Below are positions 61,990-64,000 of a DNA stretch of 64,000 nucleotides, piece after piece (the stretch's first letter is position 1; each line of letters starts with the position of its first letter). The stretch is from assembly GCF_963853765.1 (NCBI RefSeq), contig NC_088860.1, forward strand, positions 40,176,001 to 40,240,000. The letters are read 5' to 3'. The position numbers were made by a program, and so were the translations under genes. The notes under the pieces are model-generated. The model searched no databases. It was not told the DNA's origin and saw only the letters and a program-made list of their open reading frames with translations. Origin of the DNA: Magallana gigas (taxonomy: Eukaryota).

Positions 61990-63817
61990 TACATTTCCAA
62001 CCGCTATTGAAATACTTCACATATTTTACATTTTTTATGACCATATTGACCCCTTACCCAGGTGCTATAATTTTCACATTTGTGGAAAAGATCTTCATGG
62101 ACATCATAAAAATGCATTCGCTTTTTTCCTCAGATGTGTGGGAGAAAAGAAGAAGATTTTCTATATAAGATTTAATGCATATTTACTACGAGGGTTGTCC
62201 CAAAATAATGTAGACAGGACACATAATTTATAATCTGTTCATTGCAATTTCATTGGACTTTTATGTTTTCTTCAATGACCCTTTTGCAAACAATGCTGAA
62301 AAGTTCAAATCTGTACTCTATTTATTTCTTGAGAAATTGAATAATTAGTAAGATCAAGTTTTGACAGGCGGCGCAATGTGCGACGTCGAAAATATTTCCA
62401 GTTTTACGTTGTTGCTAAACCCTCCACATCGTTCACGATTACATTTACGTTTTATTTCCGAAAATTTCTTAGAAAAAATACTATCTTTGAACATGTACCC
62501 TGAGTGCACATTCAACATAAACTTCTGGTTTTTTGAAAAAATATTTATAAGTACAAACGATCTGTCGGCTCCAAACTTGCCCTGCATTACTTGTTGTCTA
62601 ACGTCCGTCTTGCCCAAATGTGTCGTTTGAACATTTTGACGTCCATTGATATCGTTCGGAGTTTCTTTTTTCCACTTATTGTCATCATACTTGTTCAAAT
62701 ATTTTCAATGTTGTTTAACTACTTATTCACAAAACGCATTTCTCATCGATTTTGTTAATTTATTTTACTTCCAAAGCTGCTTAGGATTTATTTCATGGTC
62801 TTTACAAAATTGTATCAGTTACTGCTGCGCCGCCTTAAACGCTGACATCGTCATTTTATTACGAGTTAACTTTTCAACTTGTCACAAAACGCGCTATAAA
62901 ATATTTAAAAGTTTTGTTATAGCCAAAACATTTTCTGAGTAAATAATAGAATTATTATCAAATATCAATGTATGTTTTATTTGAATTTTTCATTCGAAAA
63001 GTACTTTTCCTCGCAATTTTCATTTCACTATGTTGATTTTATCTTTTTGCTATTAACACTGCGCCGCATGTCGAATTTCTGATCTAACATGCTTTCATTT
63101 CACTTATTCAATCTCAAACAATGTTTGATTTTAAAACATTATTTGAATGCAAATTTCTTAAACCCTTTGTGGCACAAATTTCATCTTTCTTTGTCTTCGA
63201 TTAACTAAATAACGCCACTTGTCTACGCTATTTTGGGACAACCCTCGTATATGGCTATATTGGCCACGTCTTAAGGTCTAACCCCTGTTCTTGGAGTAGG
63301 TAATTTTACAATTAAGGTAGAGGACTTCGTGAACATTATAACAATGCATTCAGTTTTAAACAAATAAATATGAGAGTAGAGAAGATTTTCCAAAATTTCA
63401 CACATTTATTTTATTGCCATTATGGCCCATCAAGGGCCTTAACCCCTGACCCAGGATCCATAAATTTCATAATTTTGGAATAAAGAGCTTCATGGGCATC
63501 ATAACCAGGCGTGCATTTTTTTCCTCACATGTGTGGGAGTAGAAAAACAGATTTTGGAGATGTTCGCTCTTTTTCATATTTTGCCCCGCCTATGACGCCT
63601 AGGGGGTGGTAGAGCCATTAATTTTACAATTTAGATTCATCTTACCATAAGATGTTTCACACTAAAAATGGCTACAATTGTTTTTTGTATTCTTAATAAG
63701 TAAAATTTTATAATAAAAAAATTCATAGTTACTAATGTTAAATTGTTAACGAACGACGCACGACAACGGACGAAAGCCAATAGAAATAGGTCACTTTAGG
63801 GACTCAGAAGAACTAAA
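61990..63817 (+). mobile_element. Helentron-associated non-autonomous element with a Cg170-like satellite array, split by a mariner insertion
   Basis: Repeated ~170-bp monomers (aacccctgacccagg...cttcatgggcatcataacc...tgtgggagtagaaaa). 3' end gacgcacgacaacggacg...taggtcac..., as typical for oyster HINEs (recalled, not searched). Confidence 0.75.
62189..63247 (-). mobile_element. Non-autonomous mariner element
   Basis: TA TSD (62187-88, 63248-49). 28-bp TIR CGAGGGTTGTCCCAAAATA(AT/GC)GTAGACA. The minus strand has a decayed mariner-like N-terminal HTH (SAFKAAQQ*LIQFCKDHEINPKQLWK). Confidence 0.88.
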
Positions 63818-64000
63818 TATTATACGAATTACAAATCCATCAGTCCTCATAATTTGAGAATTACTATGGTTTGTGTATATTGACTTGCTAGTAGAAACTG
63901 CCCAATATCTAGAATACTTTAATTTGAAGCCTATATTTTGTGGGTGTCGCATTGCCCTCTGCCAGATTGAAATACTGATAATTGAAACTCTATGTTTGGA

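Noticed and set aside
1-64000. Frequent TACATGTA palindromes (e.g. 4733-4740, 12936-12943, 33251-33258)
   Set aside because: Appears to be a genome-wide compositional feature of bivalve DNA rather than something specific to this locus; enrichment was not quantified.

Overview
AT-rich, intron-containing animal DNA, most consistent with an ostreid oyster (Crassostrea/Magallana-type Helentron-satellite, Kolobok-, mariner- and MULE-like repeats; many TACATGTA octamers). It is not prokaryotic, so there is no true CRISPR system. Manual splicing gives eight apparently intact genes. (1) A 10-exon minus-strand gene (8551->3428, 352 aa), seen only as fragments in the ORF track, encoding a leaderless protein with an acidic N-terminus, a PDZ-like domain and a probable IL-1/FGF-type beta-trefoil. 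(2) PAAT/C10orf88 (-). (3) A full-length 893-aa Schlafen nuclease-helicase (+). (4) ELMOD3 (+). (5, 6) Two RING-less B-box/coiled-coil/NHL genes (+). (7) An ApoD-like lipocalin (+). (8) Two tandem intronless rhodopsin-family GPCRs (-), counted here as one locus. There is also a decayed tandem zf-MYND fragment and many non-autonomous transposons. The two strongest leads are the IL-1-like PDZ/beta-trefoil gene and a 555-bp LTR-like element at 53948-54502. That element holds seven stem-loops with a near-invariant 16-nt loop on different, self-complementary stems, enclosed by nested long-range helices. All family assignments come from motif recognition by eye; no database search was run.
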